Of a stretch of 64,000 nt of DNA, positions 38,351 to 51,409 are shown piece by piece. The stretch covers positions 122,078,001-122,142,000 of the forward strand of contig NC_043000.1 of assembly GCF_006345805.1 (NCBI RefSeq), written 5' to 3'. A program made the translations under genes and the position numbers. The notes beneath the pieces are model-generated. The model did no database searches. It was not told the origin of the DNA and saw only the letters and a program-made list of their open reading frames with translations. How positions within the stretch are numbered: position 1 is the first letter of the stretch; every line of letters begins with the position of its first letter. Source of the DNA: Octopus sinensis (Eukaryota).

Positions 38351-39049
38351 TATATCACAACTCGTGTTCCACATCTTTTTTAAATATAAATATAAGTTTC
38401 AAGTATAATATATTAAACATACGATATCTATAGTTATTTATCGTGGCAGACTAAACGTGACGTTAAATTATAAACTACATATATGGAAATAATTTACGCT
38501 AAAATATTTTATGTATGGCGTGAAGCTTACTATATAGGAATTTCTTCAAAAAATGCTATATAAACTTCTAAAATATGTTCTTTTGAGGAAATTACACTTT
38601 CTGATATATCTGAGATTTATATTTGTGTTACTAGAGCAGCATATTGAATTCATGTTTACGTGGCAAATTTCCAAGAGAACATTTTGTTGAGAAAAAATCT
38701 GTCACCAATGATTTCCGTATAGCGTGTTGTGTTCTTCTAGTAAATATCTGAAATGGTTTGTTCACAAATTTCAAAAATATATAAAAGCATTAAATTAAGA
38801 AAGAAAATCTTGTATTCATAGAATGAGGTACTTTATACAAGAATAAAAAAAATATCAGAACTGGAAAGTCAATGACTATGTTTGATTCTTGCAATAACGT
38901 TATAGTCCACATAACCAATAAAAACGGAATAACAGAAAAAAGGAAAAAATTGTAAAAAGTTTATGTAAAACGGGAATAGGCTTACTCATATATGGTGATA
39001 TTTTTACAACATTAGTAATCTATATACACAAATATATGTGTAGATATGG

Positions 39050-39119
39050 GTATATATATATATATATATATATAATAAATATATATACATAATATCTATA
39101 TATATAAATATATATATAG

Positions 39120-39154
<35 letters not shown>

Positions 39155-39240
39155 AATATATATTATATAATATATATAATATATATATATATATATAAAT
39201 ATATATAGAATATATATATAAATATATATATATATTATAT

Positions 39241-39278
<38 letters not shown>

Positions 39279-39338
39279 TATATATATATATATATAATAA
39301 ATATATTATATATATATATAAATATATATATATTATAT

Positions 39339-39376
<38 letters not shown>

Positions 39377-39475
39377 TATATATATATGTATATATTATAT
39401 AAATAATATATATATATAAATAATATATATAAATATATATATATAAATATATATTATATATAAATATATATATGT

Positions 39476-39512
<37 letters not shown>

Positions 39513-39531
39513 ATATATATATATATATATA

Positions 39532-39581
<50 letters not shown>

Positions 39582-39681
39582 TATATATATATATATAAAT
39601 ATTATATATAGATATATATATATATATATAAATATATATATATAGAATTATATATATATAAATATAAGATAAAATATATAT

Positions 39682-39713
<32 letters not shown>

Positions 39714-39766
39714 AATATATATATAAATATATATATATAAATATATATATATAATATATATATATT

Positions 39767-39851
<85 letters not shown>

Positions 39852-39938
39852 ATATATAAATATATCATATATATATATAAATATATATTATATATATATA
39901 TATAAATATATATATATATAAATATATATATATATAAT

Positions 39939-40026
<88 letters not shown>

Positions 40027-40075
40027 TATATATATATATATATATAGATATACATATCTATCTATCTATATATAT
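39050..40075. repeat. About 1-kb interrupted (TA)n array
   Basis: Direct inspection. Confidence 0.95.
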
Positions 40076-40215
40076 ATACACATATACACATGGAGATTCT
40101 ACTAGAGTAGATGCAAGCACTAATATATGATTTATAAAAACATGTGACATATTAATAAAAAATATGTAATGTAAAACCATCCAGATTTCTGAGTACCTTA
40201 TTTTCTCTAATAGAA

Positions 40216-40253
<38 letters not shown>

Positions 40254-40432
40254 CATATATGTGTAAATATATATATATATATAGATACGCACACACACAT
40301 GTATGTGTATATATATATACACATACATGTGTGTGTGCGTACATGTATATGTGTGTATATGTGTGTATATGGGGATTCTCTGAATGAAGTATTAGAGTAA
40401 TTTCCTTTTATTCAACTTTTTTTCAGAGCGTT

Positions 40433-40507
40433 TTGTCTTAATAACTGATGAGATGCCGGAGCAGACGTTAGCCCCTGTATCCGAAATTCTCAATTTTATT
40501 ATGACAA
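40433..40507 (+). ncRNA. Type I hammerhead ribozyme motif with 12-bp stem I
   Basis: TTGTCTTAATAA-CTGATGA(40445-51)-GATGC..GTATC(C)-GAAA(40483-86)-TT ctc AA-TT/TTATTATGACAA; stem I pairs 11 of 12 in exact register. Confidence 0.7.
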
Positions 40508-40647
40508 CCAACTAATTGTCACATATATCTATAGATAAATTCCTCTATTTTACATAATATCGAGATCTCAGTCATTCTTTTGTTGTCATGTTATTATTCT
40601 TTAATATTATATATATATATATATATTATTGATTTTATTTTTTTATT

Positions 40648-40713
<66 letters not shown>

Positions 40714-40734
40714 TTAATTTCTTCATTTTCTCTC

Positions 40735-40897
40735 TATTGTCTCTCCTTGTTTCTTTCTGTGTTCCTTCCTGTGGAAGACCGTAGGCTCGAAACGTTAAAG
40801 ACTTTTTTCTCTTCACGGGCGTTATACTAATACATCTGTTTGTTCTCTATAGCACCTGTCTTCGATTTTTGCTTTTTTTTTTGGTGAATTCTCCCTA
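40735..40897 (+). mobile_element. pLTR-like short repeat, GAGC-GTAG-GCTC hammerhead-like family (copy 2)
   Basis: CTGTGGA-A-GACC gtag GCTC-GAAA-CGTT-AAAGAC at 40769-40802. Confidence 0.55.
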
Positions 40898-41740
40898 TAT
40901 ATATATATTAATATGTGTACCTGTCTGACGGTCTGTCTCTGCATGTATGTAACTGAGAAGTCGTAGCCATGATAGAGCGCAGAAGTAATATGATAAACCG
41001 CTTAGGAGAAAACTGTTTTGCTCTCTATTCCAGTGTGTGTGAGTGTGTGTCTATGTTAGTGTTTCTGCATTTTCTTTTGCTTGAGTGCTGTATGTATGAT
41101 CGTATTTGATTCTGTGTGTATGCTCTTATATATATATATGTCTCCGAATTGGTGTAAATATGAAGTGGAGAAATTTGCTTAGATGGGAATTCGGTTAGAA
41201 AATGATGATAATTTGAAATATTGATTAAGCATTTTGTGATGTTTCTAAATATTTCGCCTTCCATCGTTTCATGAGAAGCCTGGTATACCGATTAAAATCG
41301 CGTACCTTTAACAAATTAAAGAAACTCGAAATTTGCATTTACCAAAAATTACCGGTCATCATATATTCAAAATGCACTGATGCATAAAATTTCCAACTGT
41401 GTCAAATACATTGCTTTAATTAGTTATTCCCATCGATGAGACGTAACATTCTGTGATAGTAAGCATAAAATCAAATGATACTTTTAGATATGCTGTATAC
41501 TTGAAATAGTATTTGAAAATTGCTTCATCCATTTAATCGTAATTCGTCATTATTAAACATGTTTAAGTCTTTATATTCATGTGCATACACATGAGAACTC
41601 AAACATTACAGTAGACCAAAATATACTAGCAAACACGATGTTAAAATAGGTTAATGGTTTCAAATATTTCAGTTCCTCCCTGAAAAATAGCGCGTTGTAT
41701 TGTATTTTGTTATATGTTATAAAATACCTGAAGGACAAGA

Positions 41741-42130
41741 GGATCTTTTCGGTTTGAACGGCAGTTCAACCATAATTTCTAGGTAACTAAAATTTTTTAG
41801 TATACTGATAGAACGTTTTTAGAACAGTATACTAGTATACTGGTAGAACGTTTTTATAAAACATATTTTTCTCTTGGCTTTATTGAGAAAATTTTATAGT
41901 TTGTAAGATATTTGTTGTTTTTTTTTCAATTTCTGCAATTTCAACCAATCAGTGACGTTTATTGAGTTAAAAAGCATTCTGTACCGTATGAATATGTCCC
42001 TCGTTTAAGAAACCTTAACCCTAACCCTAAAAGAGATTGAAATGCAATAGATCGATTCTAGGGTCATAATTATGGGTGACAATTTCATATGATACCGCCA
42101 GAAAAATTGCCGCTCAAACCGAAAAGATCC
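41741..42130. mobile_element. Second copy of the 8-bp-TSD MITE (opposite orientation)
   Basis: TIRs GGATCTTTTCGGTTTGAACGGCAGT / ATTGCCGCTCAAACCGAAAAGATCC; TSD GGACAAGA / GGACAGGA; body is the reverse complement of 17157-17582. Confidence 0.8.
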
Positions 42131-44046
42131 GGACAGGAAACCATCTGAATATTGGAAGTACCTCACGATGATTTGGCATCAAGTATTAAAGAATAAAAAA
42201 GATACCGATATCATAGCTGTTTGTGTCGTATTTTAACTAACCTGAAGTTTGTTTATTCCTAATCACCGCTTAACGCTGATTATTCTACTGAAATTTATTT
42301 AACTGATTTTACTCCGTAACGTATCACTTTATTCATCATGTTTTACTTGACTATTATTCTATATATTTATCCGACATCTTTATTCACTTTCCCAATTCTA
42401 TTCGTACTCAAAATCTGTACGATGACATAATTTTTGATTCCACCGTTCATTTTTTTATTGTAATTACATTAAACCATTTAAGTAAATATTTTCTCTAGAG
42501 TCTACTAAACTTTTTTTTTTAGCAACCAATTTAGATATTCCCTGCTAATGTACTAACTTTATGATCTTTCTCTTCTTACTCTTTTACCACTCCTATGCTC
42601 ATACTTGACTATACGAATACTTTTCACTGACGTTACAGTTTTAAATATTTCCTTATTTCTATAATCAATAATTTCTTCATTTTAGTAACAATCACACAAA
42701 CTTATACATCTAAAATGTACTCACTCTCATCATAGCCTCATTTTAGAGATAATTATTTCTTAAACTTCTAGGAATCCCCCTATTATTAGCATAACCCTTT
42801 CTTTACACACATGACTTGACAACCATACCAAACTGTTGCAAATAGCAGTCATTCTTTATCTTGTACGTAACCCCCAGCCCCGGTGTCTAGCATAACTAAC
42901 AGATAATTATAATGCAGCTTCCCACATTCTGTCGCCTTTATTCACATGTACTTCTTCACAGTATATACTTTTCCTTCCGTTTTCCCAAACGATATTTTCA
43001 CCAGCCATTCCTTCTTTTATATATCCCCCTAACTCAATTAATTTATATCTCTATCCTCTATCCCTTGCTATCTATTCTCCTATTACAATAAGCTTGTTTC
43101 TTTTTTCTGCAGCTTTTTTCTGTCAACTTTGCTGTATACATCACACTCATAGTAGACCGAAGCTTTCTACTAAAGCTCTACTTCATTCGATCGTCGACGA
43201 TGGAATTCATCGCTATTATGTCTAGTTACTCTTCGTTTGCAAGGAATTGCATCATCCGCTCATGTATTCTTCAAAGTGCTGGAAGAGATTATCTGCACAG
43301 CTTACTCCCTTCTTAGCTATGATCTATACAGTAGTAACAACTAAAGCCCCATATTTAAATATATAAATGTTATAATCTAACCTGATACCAGTCGTTTGCC
43401 TTTTTCCATTTCTTTCTATTATACATATATTTTAATGTGTATCTCGAAAGAACAGAAAACTGAGTAGGCTGTAATTACCCACATACACAAAGACATTTTC
43501 TGGTTATCAGGTCGTTGTTCACTTTTCTGATTAATTCATTGACAAGTACACAACGTCTGTCATGAAATTGCCATGTGAAAATAAAACATGCCGTGGAAAC
43601 CGCATATACATTGTTGACTACCAACTGAAAATTTCTTCACACCTATCTCGACACACTGAAATAAATGACCGGATAAAACAACGGAAAGCATCACCTTCAA
43701 ATTCTCTAGTGATTCCGCCAACACAACATTTCGATTTGGATTTTTCATTTTTTTTTTCCAAAACAAAATGGATGGAAGTATAACTGATAACGTAAGAAAC
43801 ACTTTCCAACAAACAAGGGATGTTTGCAATTTGCTATCGTAAGCAGCATGAACAATATTAAGTATACAGGATAATCTATTCTCATATGTGTATTTGTTAT
43901 TCAGCGGTATTTCCAAAAAAGTCACACTCAGTCATGTAAACAATGATGCACTCGTATATTTATCAAAAGAGTGGGTATACGAAATAGAGTAGCTAGTGTT
44001 ATATTTATTACCTGCTATTTCTGAAGAGTAAATGGTATTACTTAAC

Positions 44047-44258
44047 GGCGAGCTGGCAGAATCGTTAGCACGCCGTATTTCGTCTGCCGTTACGTTCTGA
44101 GTTCAAATTCCGTCGAGGTCAACTTTGCCTTTCATCCTTTCGGGGTCGATAAATTAAGTACCAGTTACGCACTGATGTCGATGTAATCGACTTAACCCGT
44201 TTGTCTGTTCTTGTTTGTCCACTCTATGTTTAGCCCCTTGAGGGTAGTAAGGAAATAG
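44047..44258 (+). mobile_element. SINE family B with 11-bp TSD
   Basis: GGCGAGCTGGCAGAATCGTTAGC..GAGTTCAAATTCC..GCCTTTCATCCTTTCGGGGTCGATAAATTAAGTACCAG; TSD TATTACTTAAC at 44036-46 and 44261-71. Confidence 0.85.
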
Positions 44259-46518
44259 GTATTACTTAACCGTGCTATTATGTAACAACTGGTTTTAGTA
44301 TCTGGTGCAAAACCAATTGCTACACTCGACTGTAATGCATATTTAATGCTGCATACTTCGATTTATATGTGTGAATGTGTATACATACCTGTATGTGTGT
44401 GTTTGTGTGTATGTATATATGTATGCATACACGCATACATATATATGCATGTATATACATGCACACACACAAACACACACACTCACAGACACACACTTCC
44501 TCCCCCACGCGCTCACACACACACGCGCGCGTATATATATTTAAACATATAAATTTCACCTCAGCCTTTCAGCGGCAATCACATAAATAATTATGTAACA
44601 CCCATGTGATTTCCTCTGTAATCAAAGCAAGCGAAGGCGGAAAAGCATTTTGCGTGCCATGACACTATTTCTCGTGTTTAATTGTTCTGAACTTCCAGAA
44701 CCACATTTCAATATTATTAACGTCGTTCTGATTTTAGAATTAATTATTAATATTTATAGTTTTAATGTGGGTAGTCACGTGTACAGAAGTATACCAATCT
44801 ATGTAGCAATCTGTTTATCTGTATATCTATCTATATCCACAATATAAATGCAAGTGTATGTGGTTATGTATGCGTGTGTAGCTCGGAAAAGGGCCTGGAA
44901 CGAGGCGTCCATGGGGAAAAATGAATTTGGTTTACGAAATCTGCTTTCCAGATAAAATGCCGTTTGTATATAATAATAAATAGATATGTAATTTGCTACC
45001 AAAAATAACTCAACCTTTAGATCGGCAACTCGCCCCCTGTCTATTTGCCACCATTAATCTCCTCTCTCTCTCTCTCTCTCTCTCTCTATTTGTTACCACA
45101 CTTTCTATCACATTTTCTTTCCCCTCCACTCTGTCTCTCCGTCTCTCTTTTAATATATAATCTCTCACGCATTACGTTTATTTTGTTTATAACTTATTGT
45201 AACGCTTACTTTCATTTTATCAAAGTTATTACGCACATTTTTTTTAATGATTTAAGCCTCTATGGCATTTTTTGTAACGTTCTTTATTTCTGGAATGAAC
45301 AAATCAAAAATTCGAATCCATCGTGAAGAGTTACAAAAATAAACCAAATTCCAAAATTTTAATTTTAAAATATCAAAATATGTGACAGCAACTAAATTTT
45401 CTATCTTTTTTCATTTTTTGGTTCTTCGCATGGTAAACTTTTCTCGTCTCTTTAAATATCTACCACACTCACTCTCACCATCTCCAAGAATATATAGCTC
45501 ACTCTGAAGTGTGTTTGTGTATTTGTTAGTGTGTATGCATGTGTGAAAGGCATTTTATTGGGGTGATACAGTGATTTTTTAAAAGTGGGTAAAGGATAAT
45601 TCATTTTAATAGCATGCTTTCCCTAAGTAATTTTTATCACTTACACACACATACACCATCGTAGACAAACAAACATGTACACTTTCTTAATGCACGGTGG
45701 GCTTAAACATTTTTGTTAGTTTTTGTTGTTCTTGTTTAAATCCTAGAAATGGATCATTCCATAAAATGTGCTTATCGGAAAAAATATTTAAAAACATCAG
45801 TATATGTAACAAAGAAACGAGGAAAGCATTAAATAGTTGTGCGATGTGCTAGAAATAACAGCTAAATGTCCCTTCAATCACACACATTTTCAACTGAAAG
45901 TTATTTTGAAATTATAAACCGAAAGAAATTGCAAATTCAAATTGTCCGTATATGCTTTAAAATATTTTGAAAACATGTCGGAATTTTAGAATTTATGGGG
46001 TGTGGCAGGTTTAAAGGAATTTTTTTTTTTTTTTTCACTATTATTTTAAATTACGCTTCATTTTCTGTTTGAAAATAAAGGAAGTGGTGATTGTAATGTG
46101 AACGGACGATTACCATTTGCTTTGTAACATTTAAGTCATCTCCCATCGTGTGTAGAACGAAAACATTATTGGCTAAAATCGGTACTGAGTGGTGAAGGAG
46201 GTTTCAAAAAATTCGTAAATTACCTAAACTTTTTTACTGCAAAGATGCCCCTCCCCCATTGTGTTTAGATATGCAGTGCAAAAACATTTGGAAAAATCGG
46301 TCCCCCACCTCACCCCCCCAAAAATAGGCTTATTCATAAATTCTCGAAAAGATTTTATTTTCATTACACTCCCATCACTTGAAAGGGTTTGAGAAAGAAA
46401 AATTTGAAAAATCCCCGTCAAAATGGGGAAAATCCAAGTTAATTGGGAGCACTATTTTGAAGGTTCGTCAATGAATTCCATTGTGTAAATCACGAGGCAA
46501 CATCTGGATACTCACTAG

Positions 46519-46608
<90 letters not shown>

Positions 46609-47404
46609 TATCATATACATACACATATATATATACGTGCGTGTGGATGTTTGTGCGTGTTTGTGTGTGTGTTTATGTGTCTGTGTGTGTGTAATCCTAA
46701 TTATAATACAAGAAGGTAGAATGAATCGGCGTAAATCAAAATCTCTACAACTGTTTCTGTGCATTAATATCAGTTTGCTGATATTATTGGTTGCTGAGTT
46801 TTTGCATATTATACACGTTATTGGATTAATATGATCGAATAGCAGCAATGTTCTTGCATGTCCTCAGGTGAGCGGATTCGAGGACACTGATGGATCACAT
46901 ATAGTTACCTATTATTTATATCCATATTCTATATTTAGTAATCTACTGACAAAAAGTAACACGGAAATATGAAGAGATACAAATGATTAAAAAAAATGCC
47001 AAAAATAAATTAATGGAAAGAAAAATTTAAGTTAGCTGACAGACATATTGGCATATGCCTGTGGTAACAATTTCACCAATCGCTAATGATTTCCTTTGAA
47101 ATAGAACGCTCACAGTCTCAAGAGATAAGGCATTTTTCCAGTCTATATATTTACAACAGTGTAATCTTAGGCTGTTCATCTATTTTCATAAAAGTCGAGA
47201 CTTGTCTGTGCTAAAAAATGAACTGAATAAGTGGTTTGTTTATTATTATATATTATTATATTGTTATATATCTTTTTTTTCTTATTTTCCATTAATTTGT
47301 TTTGGGGCGGTTTAATTTGTTAAATTCATATTTCTAAGTTTTATTTCTATTAATATATTTTCTGTAGATTTTGATATGTGTATCTCATTATATTAGCATA
47401 TTGC

Positions 47405-47612
47405 TTGGGGTAGCGAGCTAATAGAATTGTTAGAAACCGGTTAAAAATTTTAGCGGCATTTCCTCTTCACGTTCCGAGTTCAAATTCCGCTGAGGTCAAC
47501 TTTGCATTTTGCCCTTTCAGGGGTCGATAAATTAAGTACCAGTTAATCACTGGAGTTGATGTAATCAATTATGCCACTCAACCTCCGAAATTACCGACCT
47601 AGTGCCAAAACC
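47405..47612 (+). mobile_element. SINE family B, degraded
   Basis: GCGAGCTAATAGAATTG..GAGTTCAAATTCC..GGGGTCGATAAATTAAGTACCAG. Confidence 0.7.
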
Positions 47613-47629
47613 TATATTATCTTACACTT

Positions 47630-47778
47630 TTATATTTAATAGATGAGGAATTATGTAGATTTTGTTTTACATTTTTACAATTATTTACATTTGACGGATA
47701 TTTGTCCTCATCTTGATTGTTGTTAACACAACGTTTCGGCCGTTGTTGTTGTTGTTATTATTATTATTATTATTATTA

Positions 47779-47812
<34 letters not shown>

Positions 47813-47908
47813 GTTGTTGTTGTTGTAATTATTCAGGTCACTGCCTGGGATCAAACTCGAGAACTTGGGGTTAGTAGCCCGCGCTCTTAACTACTACGCC
47901 ATATGCCC
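47630..47908 (-). mobile_element. tRNA-headed element with (AAT)n spacer and 3' half of a hammerhead
   Basis: Minus: GGGCATATGGCGTAGTAGTTAAGAGCGCGGGCTACTAACCCC..GAGTTTGATCCC (A/B-box-like, 47908-47833), (AAT/AAC)n, then GGCCGAAACGTTGTGTTAACAAC..GATGAGGACAAATATCCGTCAAATGTAAAT. Confidence 0.7.
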
Positions 47909-47910
47909 AC

Positions 47911-48095
47911 GGGCACATGGTGTATAATAGCATACAAAAATAACTTAGGAATGAGAACTCAGGTTCGAACTTTTCCCAAGACACCTGATGAAGGCAGGAG
48001 GGTATATCAGCCGAAATGTTGTGTTAACAACAAACAGTATGAGGACAAATATCCGTCATATGTAAATATTGTAAATAATGTAAATAATGTGCTAT
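47911..48095 (+). mobile_element. Head-to-head partner of the 47630 element, head mostly deleted, hammerhead retained
   Basis: Starts GGGCACATGGTGTA (same as the head start); shares the GTTGTGTTAACAAC..GAGGACAAATATCCGTCA tail. Confidence 0.7.
47980..48025 (+). ncRNA. Minimal type I hammerhead ribozyme motif (PLE-type, dimer-dependent stem III)
   Basis: GACAC-CTGATGA(47985-91)-A-GGCAG gagggtatat CAGCC-GAAA(48013-16)-TGT-T/GTGTT; the sister copy reads GAAACGTT with palindromic ACGT. Confidence 0.7.
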
Positions 48096-49555
48096 ATTTA
48101 TCTTGTTTTTCTTTGGCAACGGAATTCTAAAACTAGAATATTAGTATAAAACAATGGGAAACTATAAGTGATCACGAACCCATTCCCGTGAAGACGCGCA
48201 TACACAGATACTGTTGTCCCATATTGATGCAACAGTGTGTATAATATGTGAAAAAACAAACGCATCAATTACCAGCTGATACTAATGCACAGGAGCTTGT
48301 TTATTCCATTTTCTTGTAATATAATATTTTTGTTTGTATTATTCGGATATTAACGGATATCCACGAGCATAAATAGCAAAAGGAGAATCCCTGCCGGTAT
48401 GAAAGCATATAGAAACCGATATCTGTGAAGAGGAAAGCACGTCGTAAGGTAGATACCCAGAGTGCATTAGATATGTTATGTTGGTGCATAATTATAGCGG
48501 TTTTTTTTCAACAAATTTTATTCAAGAAAAACAATAACAACATTTAACAAAAATATCATTAAATGATTATTCCGGTTCATATTCACCATCTACTATAATT
48601 ACTGCTTGGCGTTTGTTAAAATTGTTTGTTGGATAAAATTTATTGAAAAGAAAAGACGCAAGAGTTTGCACCAATCTAATAAATGCACACATTGATATAC
48701 GATGATTATATACGGATAAACTATCTAGGTGGGTAGTGTAAGAGGTTCTGACTAACCACATCAAGTAGTAAGAAGCAACAAGGATCGTTTTGAGTGGGCA
48801 ATCCCACTGCAATTATATTGATGAGTAAATCTGTGTTCGCTTAGCTGGTCTGTGAATATTTTTGGGAGTATTAATGCGAAACAATTATAAAGAATATGGA
48901 GACTGATACATCTTCAAATTTTTCTTCAATTTAACATAATTAGTTAAAATGTTTGGCTAACTAATTATACGATATAATTAACTAAATTAACTGCCAAATT
49001 TGAAGATATGCCAGCCGCCATATACTTTGTAATTGCTTTCGATTTACACCCCTAAATATCAACCTATCTGTGTTTCTATATCGATAGATAGATAGATAGA
49101 TAGATAGGTATTAATATTGGCAAATACTACACAGCGTGTCTGAAAATGAAAGTAGTTGTGTTGTATTATTTTTGTTATCGGCGTTCCGTTATCCGACGAT
49201 CCGTTTCCCTATTCGTGATGATAAATTTCTGAGGACCTAGAAAGCAATTGTGACGTTGAATCAAGTTGTTGGCATTAAAATTGTACAAGGATGGGTTTTG
49301 GAAATATATGTGCGATCAATGTCAAGACAGAACGAGAAAAGATTGAGAAAGAGAATGGAAAACAGAACAACAATGCCCAATAAGTCTTTGATGGAATTAG
49401 AAATTAAGCACACTGAACGCCAGAATATATGCATGCAACAATACTGCCAGACTTTGTAGTAAATCCACCACCAATTTGCTAGTTTGGTGCGGAGTCGATC
49501 CGGAGAAAATGCATTCACAAAACATGCTGGAAAGCTGAGATTGATTATATTATAT

Positions 49556-49574
49556 AATCTACTACTACTACTAT

Positions 49575-49643
<69 letters not shown>

Positions 49644-49860
49644 CTTACTTACTAGTACGTGTTATTCACCTACTACGAATACTTCACATCCTAATACTTT
49701 AACTACGACGATTACTACTGCCGATGATATTACTGCTGCAAAAAATACTGCTGATTCAACTACTACAACTACTTCAAATAATACTACTAGTACTACCATT
49801 ACTACTACTATTGCTGCTGCTACTACTACCACTCCTGCTGCTCCTGCTGCTAACATTTCT
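49556..49860. repeat. (CTA)n array decaying into CTA/CTG variants
   Basis: Direct inspection; source of the poly-L and poly-V ORFs. Confidence 0.9.
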
Positions 49861-50084
49861 TCTCTTTATACTTTCACACCCACACGTTTTCTCCGTTTCT
49901 GTTCCAATCCTTCACGTTACTCGTCTCGCTTTCTTTCGACATTCATCTTGGATTCCATTTTTTTTATTCCTCTTTTTATTTCATTTCATATATTTTTTCC
50001 TCATTTTTCACTACTTTAATTATATCGATTTTTATATCATATGGATAATAATAATTATTAATATATCTCTCATAATTATTTTAA

Positions 50085-50100
50085 TCAATTATTATTATTA

Positions 50101-50152
<52 letters not shown>

Positions 50153-50215
50153 CATTATTATCATTATTATTATTATTATATCATCATCATTATCTACTAT
50201 TATTACTATGATACT
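50085..50215. repeat. (TTA)n/(TCA)n array
   Basis: Direct inspection. Confidence 0.9.
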
Positions 50216-50342
50216 ATGAATATGAGTTGTATTGTTGTCTTTGCTAAAGTAATCCTTCTGCTACTTTCTATATTTCTGCTTATGTCACTTCAGTAATCTC
50301 CTTATTTTTCTTTCTAATATATATACATACATACATAAATAC

Positions 50343-50413
<71 letters not shown>

Positions 50414-50623
50414 AATAATAAATATTGAAATAAATACGTTCTCTAGTAGCAAGCACCAACCGCAGTGAATTATTTACTGCAGCCCTTCGCTTCAAGAATT
50501 TCTTAGCGCGCCAGAACCAAGACATTTGAAATTTTATCCCTGATGTAATCGGTAAAACTAAGCACGTGTCTGTCCTGGCACAGAAAGCTGCGGTTAGTTT
50601 TTCAGTTTACATTTACAATGAAC

Positions 50624-50701
50624 GAATGCACTGATGAAGCACGGACATTTGAATTATGTAAGTAATTCTTTTGTTAAAGGCCGAAACCGAGGTATGCATT
50701 T
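50624..50701 (+). ncRNA. Type I hammerhead ribozyme motif with extended stem II
   Basis: GAATGCA-CTGATGA(50631-37)-AGC..GAATTA tgtaag TAATTC..GGCC-GAAA(50683-86)-CCGAGG-TA/TGCATTT; stem I AATGCA/TGCATT plus G-U, GUA triplet; A-C mismatch at the base of stem II. Confidence 0.65.
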
Positions 50702-50869
50702 AATTCTGTTATTTTATATAAATTTTCATCTGTCCTGCCCGCCAAATTTGGTTCTGGTGTTCGCTGAATTTTTCTTCTAGAGAATTTCCTTGTAGTTTGA
50801 TCGTCGATGATCTATTTCTAGCATACGGCCGACTTCCTAGCAGTAAGCCCTGCCAATATATACATATAT

Positions 50870-51388
50870 ATATATATATATAAAACTGTAGTTGTGTGAG
50901 TGTCTGTCTCCTACGATTTAGATTCCTAAATCCTCTCACATTTTGCGGTGCAGTTTAACCAAATTCAAGTATCTTATAGTCGTGATTAATATCGAGCCCG
51001 TCTGGCTATTAGCGCGCGTCTACGATGAGTCTACGATTTTAAAAATAATTTAACATCATTTTTTTATTCCATTTTAATGCATAATTTTTCGTGTGTCGAT
51101 GGCGGCGGAGTTGGCGTCCACGCTCAAACACCTGCACCTGTGTTTGCTTCTCCCCGTTCTTCCCTCCCTTGTGAAGCTGTGAGGAAGGGAGTTTGAGGAA
51201 ATCAACGTCGTAATGCGTTGTCAAGGAGACCAGCGTTCTTTTAGAACAACGACTTCATGGCTTGAAGACACCAAAACAGAAATGGCTAAGAAAGCCCGAA
51301 TTGGCATCTATAAAGGAAGTAACTCTCTAAAAATGCTTATATAGTTATTTCCCTTACAAACCCGAGCAACGCCGGGCGATACTGCTAG
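50870..51388 (+). mobile_element. Non-autonomous Helitron-like element
   Basis: 5' TATATATATAAAACTG..GTGTCTGTC; 3' hairpin CCCGAGCAACGCCGGG (51361-76), then CTAG at 51385-88 followed by T. Confidence 0.75.
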
Positions 51389-51409
51389 TATATATATATA
51401 TATATATAT

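Noticed and set aside
43560-43925. Overlapping ORFs of 64-121 aa
   Set aside because: No recognisable motif or splice architecture.
44021-44046. CTGAAGA-GTAA atggta TTAC stem beside a SINE insertion
   Set aside because: Reconstructing the empty site via the TSD gives TTAACCG, not GAAA.
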